A stretch of 25,683 nucleotides of DNA, from the NCBI GenBank assembly GCA_964467495.1, contig CAYXQM010000001.1, positions 1-25,683 of the forward strand, read 5' to 3'. Positions 1-7,829 of the stretch are shown here, in pieces. Both the position numbers and the translations under genes were made by a program. Within the stretch, counting starts at the first letter, position 1. Every line of letters starts with the position of its first letter. The stretch is from an uncultured Candidatus Saccharibacteria bacterium (GTDB lineage Bacteria > Patescibacteriota > Minisyncoccia > Phycocordibacterales > WO2-35-19). Under the pieces are notes generated by a model. It was not told where the DNA came from. It searched no databases and was given only the letters and a program-made list of their open reading frames with translations.

Positions 1-792
1 GAACTTGAAAGAGTTAGGGAAGAGTTCACAGGGATGATTGTCCACGAATTACGTTCACCTCTTGATGGTATTAAAAAAATAGTAGAACTTATCGTTTCTG
101 GGGCTATTTTACCCGACTCTGATCAGTTTAAAGAATATTTAAATATGGCTCACCAAAGTTCCGCCTCTATGCTCGAGCTTGTCAATGATATTTTGGATCT
201 TTCCAAACTTCAATCTGGAAAGTTTGAAGTCAATAAGGAATCAGCTAGTATCAGAGATGTTATAGAAAACAGAATTGCTTTCTATAAAATATCAGCTGAT
301 ACTCGAAAAGTTTCTTTATCAACCTTCCTTCACTCAAGCTTGCCGGATAAGACGGATTTTGATCCTCAAGCTTTAAAACAAATTCTGAATAACTTCCTGT
401 CCAATGCTTTAAAATTCACTTCTCAAGGTGGTTCCCTTTTGGTTTCCGCTTTTGTTTATGATAAAAAAGAATTTTTCCCGAAAGATTTACTTGAAAATAT
501 AGATAAATCAAAAGCTCCGGTTTTTCCAAACCCTAAGGATATAAAAACCAAAACAACTTCTCTTTGTGTAGTAGTTTCAGATACTGGCATAGGCATACCG
601 GAAGATAGTGTAAAAGACTTGTTCCACACCTTTAAACAGGCAAGACTAAGTCCGGTAGATAAAGAGAGCAAAGGTACAGGATTAGGTTTGGTCATTGCTA
701 AGGGTATTGCAGAGGCTCACGGTGGTTCTGTGGGTGTGGTTTCGACCGAAGGTAGTGGTACCAGTTTCTTCTTTACCATTCCTCTTAATTAG
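1..792 (+). CDS. Sensor histidine kinase, C-terminal part (HisKA + HATPase_c); start lies upstream of the window
   Basis: Frame open from base 1 (ELERVREEFTGMIVHELRSPL = H-box); N box ILNNFLSNALKFT, G1 VSDTGIGI, G2 GTGLGLVI, G3 GSGTSFFFTIP. Confidence 0.93.
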   Translation, partial: ELERVREEFTGMIVHELRSPLDGIKKIVELIVSGAILPDSDQFKEYLNMAHQSSASMLELVNDILDLSKLQSGKFEVNKESASIRDVIENRIAFYKISADTRKVSLSTFLHSSLPDKTDFDPQALKQILNNFLSNALKFTSQGGSLLVSAFVYDKKEFFPKDLLENIDKSKAPVFPNPKDIKTKTTSLCVVVSDTGIGIPEDSVKDLFHTFKQARLSPVDKESKGTGLGLVIAKGIAEAHGGSVGVVSTEGSGTSFFFTIPLN

Positions 793-828
793 TGCTAATA
801 TTTATACATTACAAATAAACCTACCATT

Positions 829-1212
829 ATGAAGAAGATACTTGTTATAGATGATGACCAATTTTTTTGTAAAACTCTAGAAGCAGCTTTACCAAAAAAT
901 AAGTACACTTTAGTAGCTGCCGAAGACGGAGAGATAGGACTCGCCAAATTACAGTCGGAAAAACCAGACCTCATTATTCTTGACTTAATGATGCCGAAAC
1001 TTGATGGCACCGAGTTTATGAAAAAACTTCAATCTTCTCCTGATTTACACAAAGCGCCGGTTTTGGTTTCTTCTAATCTTTCTAGTGTCAAAAAAGTTAG
1101 TGATGTGATGGCTTTGGGGGCAGTGGGTTATGTTATAAAATCAGACGAAAGCATGGCTTCCATTGTTCAGGATATAGAACGAATTCTTGGGGAAGAACAA
1201 AAATCGCAATAA
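829..1212 (+). CDS. Single-domain response regulator (CheY-like receiver)
   Basis: ILVIDDD, KPDLIILDLMMPKLDG with phospho-acceptor Asp, conserved Lys in GYVIKS; directly after the kinase. Confidence 0.93.
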   Translation: MKKILVIDDDQFFCKTLEAALPKNKYTLVAAEDGEIGLAKLQSEKPDLIILDLMMPKLDGTEFMKKLQSSPDLHKAPVLVSSNLSSVKKVSDVMALGAVGYVIKSDESMASIVQDIERILGEEQKSQ

Positions 1213-1224
1213 TTAATCCGCCAG

Positions 1225-1794
1225 CTAAAATATTTTAGTGATAATTACTCCGGCATAAACGGTTATAATATTGCTTGGTATGAGGCCAAGTACGGTGCCT
1301 ATGATATAGTCTTTAACACTTATTCTAGAGACTCCCATGAGAACATTTAGAATATTGAATGGCATTATTGGAGAGATTCTAAAAAATATAAGATCCCAAA
1401 CCGCCCCCGCTTCTAATCTCTCATTGTATTTTTTGAGTATCCCCAGATATCTATTCTTTAAAGCGCTTTCAACCCATGTTTTTCCAAGTTTTCTACCTAT
1501 TTCAAAAACTAAGATTGAACTTACAAAACCTCCAATGACAGTATATAGAAGACCGTACCAAAATCCAAAAAGAATTCCCGCTATTATCATAAAAGGAGTT
1601 GAAGGAAAAAAGATAGTGCCGGCGGCATAAAGGATTAAGAATAAAAATGGAGCCCAAACACCAAAATCTTTTATACTCTGACGTAAGGTTTCGGTTGAGA
1701 CATTATCTCCCAAGGTCAAATAAAGAGTGATTGAGATTACAATAAGAAAGATAAAAATTCCAAACCCCCATTTTTGCAATTTTTGCCCAAACAT
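1225..1794 (-). CDS. TVP38/TMEM64 (DedA/VTT) family membrane protein
   Basis: Hydrophobic helices; P-x-T-P-F-x-x-x-A-G-x-L-F-G; RISPIMPFNILN motif. Confidence 0.85.
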   Translation of the reverse strand: MFGQKLQKWGFGIFIFLIVISITLYLTLGDNVSTETLRQSIKDFGVWAPFLFLILYAAGTIFFPSTPFMIIAGILFGFWYGLLYTVIGGFVSSILVFEIGRKLGKTWVESALKNRYLGILKKYNERLEAGAVWDLIFFRISPIMPFNILNVLMGVSRISVKDYIIGTVLGLIPSNIITVYAGVIITKIF

Positions 1795-1808
1795 AGGAAT
1801 ATAATAGC

Positions 1809-2723
1809 ATGATTTTATACGGAGCTCCGGTAAGGGAGGAAATAAAGAAGAAATTGATAAAAAGAGTCAAAAGGCTTAGAAAAAAGCCTTGTTTAGCTAT
1901 TATCCAAGTTGGAGACAAAGAAGACTCAAATATTTATATAAGAAAGAAAGAGGAGTTTGGAAAGGACATAGGAGCAGAAGTAGTTGTTAGAAAATTTAAA
2001 CTCGACACAAACACACGAATAAAAGCGAATGACACAAACGGAAAAAAAGTAATAGAAGAGATAGAGAAATTAAATAGAGATAAAAAAGTAAATGGTATAA
2101 TTGTTCAATTGCCACTGCCGGTAGGTCTTAATACCAAAAAAATAATTCAAGCTATTGATGCAGATAAAGATGCTGACGGATTAAGAGAGATTAAGGAAAA
2201 GAGAGAAAATGGAGTGCTGATTACTCCAGCTACCGCCAAAGCGGTAATGGCTTTACTTGATTTTTATAAAATCAAGATGAGAGATAAAAAAGTGGCAGTC
2301 ATTGGGCAATCAATTTTAGCGGGTAAACCAATCAGTGATGAATTTGAAAAAAGAGGGGCAAAAGTTTTTCGTTGTGATACCAAAACTCAAAACATTCCGG
2401 CTATTGCAAAGAAGTGTGATATTTTAATTTCTGCAGTTGGAAAAGCCGGGTTAGTGACCAAAAAATTTGTAAATAAAAAGCAGGCGGTGATAGATGTGGG
2501 AATAAATAGGACCCCACCCCCTGGTCCCCTCCCCAAAGGAGAGGGGGTTTCGGATTCCCTTCCCCTTGGGGGAAGGGCTGGGGATGGGGTTTCTAAATTA
2601 GTGGGAGATGCTAAATTTGAAGAAATAGAGCCAATTGTTAGGGCTATTACTCCCGTCCCTGGTGGTGTCGGCCCTTTGACCGTAGCTTGTCTGTTTGAAA
2701 ATCTTCTTGATTTATGTAAATAA
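1809..2723 (+). CDS. folD: Bifunctional methylene-THF dehydrogenase/cyclohydrolase FolD, carrying two in-frame insertions
   Basis: LAIIQVGD, GIIVQLPLP, KDADG, IGQSILAGKP, VIDVGINR, ITPVPGGVGPLTVACL. Confidence 0.93.
   Translation: MILYGAPVREEIKKKLIKRVKRLRKKPCLAIIQVGDKEDSNIYIRKKEEFGKDIGAEVVVRKFKLDTNTRIKANDTNGKKVIEEIEKLNRDKKVNGIIVQLPLPVGLNTKKIIQAIDADKDADGLREIKEKRENGVLITPATAKAVMALLDFYKIKMRDKKVAVIGQSILAGKPISDEFEKRGAKVFRCDTKTQNIPAIAKKCDILISAVGKAGLVTKKFVNKKQAVIDVGINRTPPPGPLPKGEGVSDSLPLGGRAGDGVSKLVGDAKFEEIEPIVRAITPVPGGVGPLTVACLFENLLDLCK
2511..2590. repeat. GC-rich REP/RPE-like palindromic element (two inverted hairpin halves) inserted in frame in folD
   Basis: Ends accccacccc (2511-2520) and ggggatggggt (2580-2590) are inverted; two internal hairpins; 54/80 G+C; 21 nt (2526-2546) identical to 23179-23199. 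Confidence 0.85.
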
Positions 2724-2773
2724 CGGTGCTATACTTAATAAAATTATAAATTTTTTAGTTTTAATCAACACAT

Positions 2774-3586
2774 ATGTTCAATCAATTTTTTGGAGAAGAA
2801 GGAGCAAAAAGAGTATCAAAATGGACTGCGTCCGTTCTATTTTTTCTATCCATTTTTTTGGTAGTAAAAATTATCGCTGACCTGAAAGCACTACCAGATA
2901 TTGGCCGAGACATTTATCCACAGTCAACTATTATGGTTAGCGGTGAAGGCGAAGCTTTCGCTATTCCTGACATTGCCTCATTCTCATTTTCAGTAACCGA
3001 AGTAGGTGAATCAGTAGCCGCTGCCCAAGGTTTACTTGATACCAAAATTAATCAGGCTTTAGCTGTATTAAAGGATGCCGAGATAGAAGATAAAGATATA
3101 AAAACTACCGGCTACAATGTTTATCCAAAATATGAATGGCAACAAGTGTATTGCGTTACTTACCCTTGTCCTTCGGGAAAAAATAAACTAATTGGTTATG
3201 AAGTAAGCCAAAGTGTAACAGTTAAAGTAAAAGAAATAGATAAAGCAGGAGATTTGGTTAGCAAAATAGGCGCCGTAAATGTTTCCAATATTAGCGGTGT
3301 GGAATTTACTGTAGACAACAGAGAAGATTTTGTCTCTCAAGCCAGAGAAGAGGCCATAAAAAAAGCCAAGGAGGAAGCTAAGATTTTAGCTAAACAACTC
3401 GGAGTTCGTCTGGGGAAAATTATTTACTACAACGAAAATGGCAATTACCCGATTTATTATGGGATGGAAGGAAAAGGTGGTGGTACTGATATGGCAGTTT
3501 CTTCCATAGCTCCATTGAGGGCAGAATTACCACAGGGCGAAACCAAGATTACTTCACAGGTTACTATCACTTACGAGATAAAATAA
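2774..3586 (+). CDS. SIMPL domain (DUF541/YggE-like) protein with N-terminal membrane anchor
   Basis: TIMVSGEGEAFAIPDIASFSFSV, IKTTGYNVYPKY, AREEAIKKAKEEA, C-terminal VTITYEI. Confidence 0.85.
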   Translation: MFNQFFGEEGAKRVSKWTASVLFFLSIFLVVKIIADLKALPDIGRDIYPQSTIMVSGEGEAFAIPDIASFSFSVTEVGESVAAAQGLLDTKINQALAVLKDAEIEDKDIKTTGYNVYPKYEWQQVYCVTYPCPSGKNKLIGYEVSQSVTVKVKEIDKAGDLVSKIGAVNVSNISGVEFTVDNREDFVSQAREEAIKKAKEEAKILAKQLGVRLGKIIYYNENGNYPIYYGMEGKGGGTDMAVSSIAPLRAELPQGETKITSQVTITYEIK

Positions 3587-3591
3587 TCTGG

Positions 3592-3619
3592 TTGACAGGA
3601 GTTTTGGTTTGTGTATAAT
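3592..3619 (+). promoter_or_regulatory. Sigma70-type promoter for secE-nusG-rplK
   Basis: TTGACA (3592-3597), 16-nt spacer, TATAAT (3614-3619). Confidence 0.7.
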
Positions 3620-3635
3620 GGAGGAACAATTTAAT

Positions 3636-3661
3636 AAAAAAGACCCCGAAAGGGGTTTTTT
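3636..3661. terminator. Intrinsic terminator-like hairpin, possibly bidirectional
   Basis: A-tract, g-acccc-GAAA-ggggt, T-tract. Confidence 0.6.
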
Positions 3662-3673
3662 AAAAGCAAAAAT

Positions 3674-3853
3674 ATGTCAATCATAAATTATTTTAAAGAG
3701 ACAAAGGGAGAGATGCAACATGTCAATTGGCCGACCAAAAGGCAATCAGTCATTTTCTCTATTGTGGTTATCATTATTTCTATTTTGACAGCCTTCTTTT
3801 TGGGTCTATTTGATTTCATTTTCTCCAGAATTTTAAACTTAATTGTAGGATAA
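3674..3853 (+). CDS. secE: Preprotein translocase subunit SecE (59 aa, below the ORF-track cutoff)
   Basis: Hand translation MSIINYFKETKGEMQHVNWPTKRQ followed by a TM helix ending GLFDFIF; immediately upstream of nusG. Confidence 0.92.
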   Translation: MSIINYFKETKGEMQHVNWPTKRQSVIFSIVVIIISILTAFFLGLFDFIFSRILNLIVG

Positions 3854-3857
3854 ATTT

Positions 3858-4403
3858 ATGTCTAAACAACAAATAGAAGAAGGCAGGAATTGGTATGCTG
3901 TTCATACTTATTCTGGATATGAAAATGCGGTATTGAGAAACCTCAAACAGCGTATTGAATCTTTGGGTATGGAAGACAAAATTTTCAACGTTATTGTGCC
4001 TACCGAAAAAAAGATAAAAATAAAAGGTAATAAAAGAGTGGAAGAGGCGGAAAAAATTTATCCCGGTTATATCTTAGTAGATATGATTGTTTCTGAAGAT
4101 TCGTGGTATGTAGTTCGTAATACTCCCCGGGTAACCGGTTTTGTTGGTTCGGGAGTCTTTCCGGTTAAGCTAGATCCCAAAGAAGTGGAGGAACTTTTCA
4201 AGAGAATGAATTCAGAAACAGTTAAACATAACATTGACCTTTCTTTAGATGATGCCGTTAAAATTGTTGACGGGCCATTTAAAGATTTGGAAGGTAAAGT
4301 GGGGGAGGTAAACGAAGAGCAAGGCAAGGTTAAAGTTTTGGTGCCTATGTTTGGTCGCGAAACTCCGGTGGAATTGGACTTCTTGCAAGTTAAAAAGATA
4401 TAA
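3858..4403 (+). CDS. nusG: Transcription termination/antitermination factor NusG
   Basis: WYAVHTYSGYE, YPGYILV, VRNTPRVTGFVG, KOW domain GPFKDLEG...MFGRETPVELDF. Confidence 0.97.
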   Translation: MSKQQIEEGRNWYAVHTYSGYENAVLRNLKQRIESLGMEDKIFNVIVPTEKKIKIKGNKRVEEAEKIYPGYILVDMIVSEDSWYVVRNTPRVTGFVGSGVFPVKLDPKEVEELFKRMNSETVKHNIDLSLDDAVKIVDGPFKDLEGKVGEVNEEQGKVKVLVPMFGRETPVELDFLQVKKI

Positions 4404-4418
4404 GGTAGATTAACGCGC

Positions 4419-4841
4419 ATGGCAAAGAAAATAACAAAAAAAATAAAATTGGTCATAACAGCAGGTAAAGCCACACCGGCTCCACCTGTGGGCACGGCTC
4501 TTGGACCAGCCGGTATTAACATTGGTGAGTTTGTCACTAAATTTAATGATGTCACTAAGGGTATGGAAGGTTTGGTGCCAGCTGAAATTTCTGTTTATGA
4601 AGACAGGACTTTTGATTTTATATTAAAGACTCCGCCTACTTCGAGTCTTATTCTTAAAGCTTTGGGTATTGAAAAAGGTGCCGGCAAACCGCCTGCTCAA
4701 AAAGTAGGTACTATCACTTACAAACAACTTGAGGAAATCGCCGAAAAGAAAATGGTTGACCTTAATGCCAACGACCTTGCTTCTGCCGTCAAAATCATCT
4801 CCGGCCAATGCCGTAGTATGGGCGTTGAGGTGAGGGGGTAA
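4419..4841 (+). CDS. rplK: 50S ribosomal protein L11
   Basis: [38 protein letters not shown]. Confidence 0.97.
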   Translation: MAKKITKKIKLVITAGKATPAPPVGTALGPAGINIGEFVTKFNDVTKGMEGLVPAEISVYEDRTFDFILKTPPTSSLILKALGIEKGAGKPPAQKVGTITYKQLEEIAEKKMVDLNANDLASAVKIISGQCRSMGVEVRG

Positions 4842-4852
4842 AAATTACACAC

Positions 4853-5617
4853 ATGGTTCCAAATATGAAGTTGATAAAGGAAGTCTGTGAAGAAGAAGGC
4901 TTCCTTTTTCGTTCCATAGATAAATCAGGTAATTTGATAGAAATGAAATATTCTGGCATATCTTACATGTTTGCTTATACTACCACTCCGTTTAATAGAG
5001 AAGATATACAACATGTTTGCAATGATAAGTTTCTTACATATGAACTTTTACACAATAAAATAAAAATGCCAAAAACCAAAAAATATTTACGACCAGATTT
5101 AAACCCAACTTGGCACGACACAATAGAATTTTCTTCTGTACTAAAAATTACCAAGGATATCCAAAAAAACTTCAGCTTCCCTTTTATTGTCAAAATGAAC
5201 GCTGGGTCGTTGGGGAGAAATATCTTTAAATGTGATAATGAAAAAGATATTAAAAATGCTATAGCAAAAATATTTAAAGAAGATTGGGCGCTTTTGGCTC
5301 AAAAATTGATTCATAAAAAAGAAGAATTTAGAGTAATAATTGTTAATAATTCCGTAGAGCTTGTATATCATAAAGGGGGTAAAGAGTTTTTCTATAAGGG
5401 AGATGAAATATTTGAAAAAATTAAGGATTTTCTCAATCCGATTAGCAAACACTTAAACTTAGGCTGGGCAGGATTAGATGTCACCTGCGATAAAAAGAAT
5501 AAATTTTGGCTTATAGAAATAAATTCCAGGCCTTCTTTCGTTTCGGCAATTAGGGAGGGGAAGAAAGAAATTTTGAAGCCTTTATATAAGAAAGCTTTTC
5601 AGGAGATTTTACAATAA
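4853..5617 (+). CDS. RimK-like ATP-grasp domain protein
   Basis: FPFIVKMNAGSLGRNI, LLAQKLI, EEFRVII, WAGLDV, WLIEINSRP (ExN). Confidence 0.8.
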   Translation: MVPNMKLIKEVCEEEGFLFRSIDKSGNLIEMKYSGISYMFAYTTTPFNREDIQHVCNDKFLTYELLHNKIKMPKTKKYLRPDLNPTWHDTIEFSSVLKITKDIQKNFSFPFIVKMNAGSLGRNIFKCDNEKDIKNAIAKIFKEDWALLAQKLIHKKEEFRVIIVNNSVELVYHKGGKEFFYKGDEIFEKIKDFLNPISKHLNLGWAGLDVTCDKKNKFWLIEINSRPSFVSAIREGKKEILKPLYKKAFQEILQ

Positions 5618-6023
5618 TCCAATCAACGGGTTGATCATGGGGTTTTTGTGCAAGAGGTTTAGTGGAGAATTGTGTGGAATGGCAGACTCCGATTCGAGGC
5701 CATTTTCTTGGTACTTTAGATAAAAAGCGATCGTACCACCCGCCACCATTTCCGTGGCGGGTACCACAAATATCAAACTTTCTGCCTGGAATCAAAATAA
5801 AAGTCTTTCTATTTTTGCATTCTGTCGTAATTTTGTTTGCCCACCAAAACGGATCACTATTTCTGTCACAAGGTATAAAAATATTTGAGGCAGGAATTTT
5901 TAAATGGAATAACGCGTCTTTATGACTTATTTCATTTGTGAGTGGTTTATACAAAATAACCACCTCACATCCTGATATTATTTTTTTAAATTCTTCTAAA
6001 GAATCTTTATATTTATCCTGCAT
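5550..6023 (-). CDS. 5-formyltetrahydrofolate cyclo-ligase family protein (short form)
   Basis: ILIPGRKFDICGTRHGNGGGWYDRFL and HDQPVDWII match the GxRxGxGGGxYDR and HDxxxD motifs; coupled behind folA. Confidence 0.82.
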   Translation of the reverse strand: MQDKYKDSLEEFKKIISGCEVVILYKPLTNEISHKDALFHLKIPASNIFIPCDRNSDPFWWANKITTECKNRKTFILIPGRKFDICGTRHGNGGGWYDRFLSKVPRKWPRIGVCHSTQFSTKPLAQKPHDQPVDWIIVKSPEKLSYIKASKFLSSPP

Positions 6024-6024
6024 T

Positions 6025-6534
6025 CTACCTTTCCAAAATTACATAATCAAATGGAGGAGTGTGGTTGAGGTGGAGTTCGCGGGAGACTTCTTTTTTGAAA
6101 TTGGAATAATCGGGGAAGAAAACATCGGCTTCTGGTTCGTCTTCTACGATTGTGAGATAAAGTCTGTCAGCAAATTTTATAGTAGCAGAGTAAACCATGC
6201 CACCACCGATTACAAAAATTTCGTCTGAATCAGCTTTCTTTCCAGCGTCCAAAGCTTTTTCTATTGAATCTACGACAATTAATTCATCAGCTTGAGGCAG
6301 ATCTTTTTCGCCAAGATGTGATATCACAATGTTTGTTCGACTGGGAAGAGGTCGGCCGATAGATAAATAAGTATTACGGCCCATTATTATAGGGTGGCCG
6401 GTAGTTAATTGTTTAAATCTCGGTAGGTCACCCTCAATTTTCCAAAGTAGCTGGTTCTTAAAACCAAGGGCTCTTTTGCTCTTACTTACAGCGGCAATTA
6501 GACTGATTTTGGGGTTTTTTGCAAGATTTGCCAT
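6025..6534 (-). CDS. folA: Dihydrofolate reductase
   Basis: LLWKIEGDLPRFKQLT, IIMGRNTYLSIGRPLPSRTNIV, FVIGGG, LYLT, DVFFP. Confidence 0.96.
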   Translation of the reverse strand: MANLAKNPKISLIAAVSKSKRALGFKNQLLWKIEGDLPRFKQLTTGHPIIMGRNTYLSIGRPLPSRTNIVISHLGEKDLPQADELIVVDSIEKALDAGKKADSDEIFVIGGGMVYSATIKFADRLYLTIVEDEPEADVFFPDYSNFKKEVSRELHLNHTPPFDYVILER

Positions 6535-6581
6535 AGAAGTTTGGGTTGCTATACTTACAAGAATAAAGGAAATGCAACATT

Positions 6582-7250
6582 ATGTCTACTTACGAAATAG
6601 AAATAAAAAGTCTTCTTGGCGCTAAAGAAAAAGCCGAAGAACTTAAGGGTAAAATAAAATCTAAAGGAGCTAAACTCACTGCTTCCAATAAGCAACTCAA
6701 TCATTATTTTATTTTGAATGATAGTAAGAAACTTTTAGATAATTTATCTCCTCATATCTCTGAAGGAAAGAAAAATTTATTTGAAAAAATTCTGAAAGAA
6801 GGGGAAAATCTTTCCGTACGCACGCGAGATACTGACGGCAAAGTTATTTTTGTGGTCAAAGCTTCTATTGGAGATGACACAAGCACAAATGGTGTATCAC
6901 GCATGGAGTTTGAAGATATTATGGATACGAGTTTAGAAAAATTAGATAAGCTTTTGCTTAAAGCTGGATTAGAATATCAGGCTAAATGGTCAAGAGAAAG
7001 AGAAGAGTATAAAATGAATGACATAAATATATGCCTAGACAAAAATGCTGGTTATGGGTATTTAGCTGAATTTGAAAAAATGGTTTCTGATCATTCGGAG
7101 GCGGACCAAACTAAAACAGAACTACTTTCTCTAATGAAAGAACTCGAAGTAGAAGAATTAATGCAAGATAGATTGGAGAGAATGTTTGCTCATTACAACT
7201 CTAATTGGCAAGATTATTATGGAACAGATAAAGTTTTTGTTATTAAATAA
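6582..7250 (+). CDS. CYTH / triphosphate tunnel metalloenzyme family protein
   Basis: N-terminal YEIEIK (ExExK), QLNHYF, VRTR, REEY, ICLD...GYLAEFE. Confidence 0.75.
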   Translation: MSTYEIEIKSLLGAKEKAEELKGKIKSKGAKLTASNKQLNHYFILNDSKKLLDNLSPHISEGKKNLFEKILKEGENLSVRTRDTDGKVIFVVKASIGDDTSTNGVSRMEFEDIMDTSLEKLDKLLLKAGLEYQAKWSREREEYKMNDINICLDKNAGYGYLAEFEKMVSDHSEADQTKTELLSLMKELEVEELMQDRLERMFAHYNSNWQDYYGTDKVFVIK

Positions 7251-7259
7251 TCAAAAAAT

Positions 7260-7823
7260 ATGTTTCTATCCGATAATGATATAAGAAAAGCGGTAAAAAA
7301 TGGTGACATAACAATTTCACCCTTTGATAAAAAACGACTTCAGCCGGCAAGTTACGATATTCTTTTGGGTAATAAATTTATCCTTACTGATGACCATGCC
7401 ACAGATGCTATTAATCCTGTAAAAAAGAAATTCGCTAAGACTCGAGAGATAATTTTAAAAAAGGGAGAGACCTTTGTTCTCCATCCGGGAGTGAGTATTC
7501 TTGGTATCTCTATTGATTATTTTGGTTCTAAGAAATATCTTGTCCAACTTCATGGCAAAAGTAGCTTAGCACGCATAGGTCTTATGGTTCACAATACTGC
7601 TGGTCTTATAAACCCCGGGCATTTTCTGCGGGTCACTTTTGAACTATGTAATCTTAATAAGGTTCCGATAATTCTTACTCCTGGTATGGAGATTGGTCAA
7701 ATCACATTCTCTCAAATGTCTTCTAATCCGGGGATTGATTATGATTACAAGAGGATTGATAGCACATATGTAGATAAGCAATGGAGGGTTAAAACTAAGT
7801 TAAAGAAAAGAAAAACTAAATAA
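7260..7823 (+). CDS. dcd: dCTP deaminase
   Basis: LSDNDI, LQPASYDILLG, GKSSLARIGL, AGLINPG, GMEIGQITF. Confidence 0.9.
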   Translation: MFLSDNDIRKAVKNGDITISPFDKKRLQPASYDILLGNKFILTDDHATDAINPVKKKFAKTREIILKKGETFVLHPGVSILGISIDYFGSKKYLVQLHGKSSLARIGLMVHNTAGLINPGHFLRVTFELCNLNKVPIILTPGMEIGQITFSQMSSNPGIDYDYKRIDSTYVDKQWRVKTKLKKRKTK

Positions 7824-7829
7824 ATTCAC

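Noticed and set aside
3618-3686. Short uORF starting ATG GAG GAA across the secE leader hairpin
   Set aside because: Its ATG overlaps the -10 box, so it lies upstream of the predicted transcription start.
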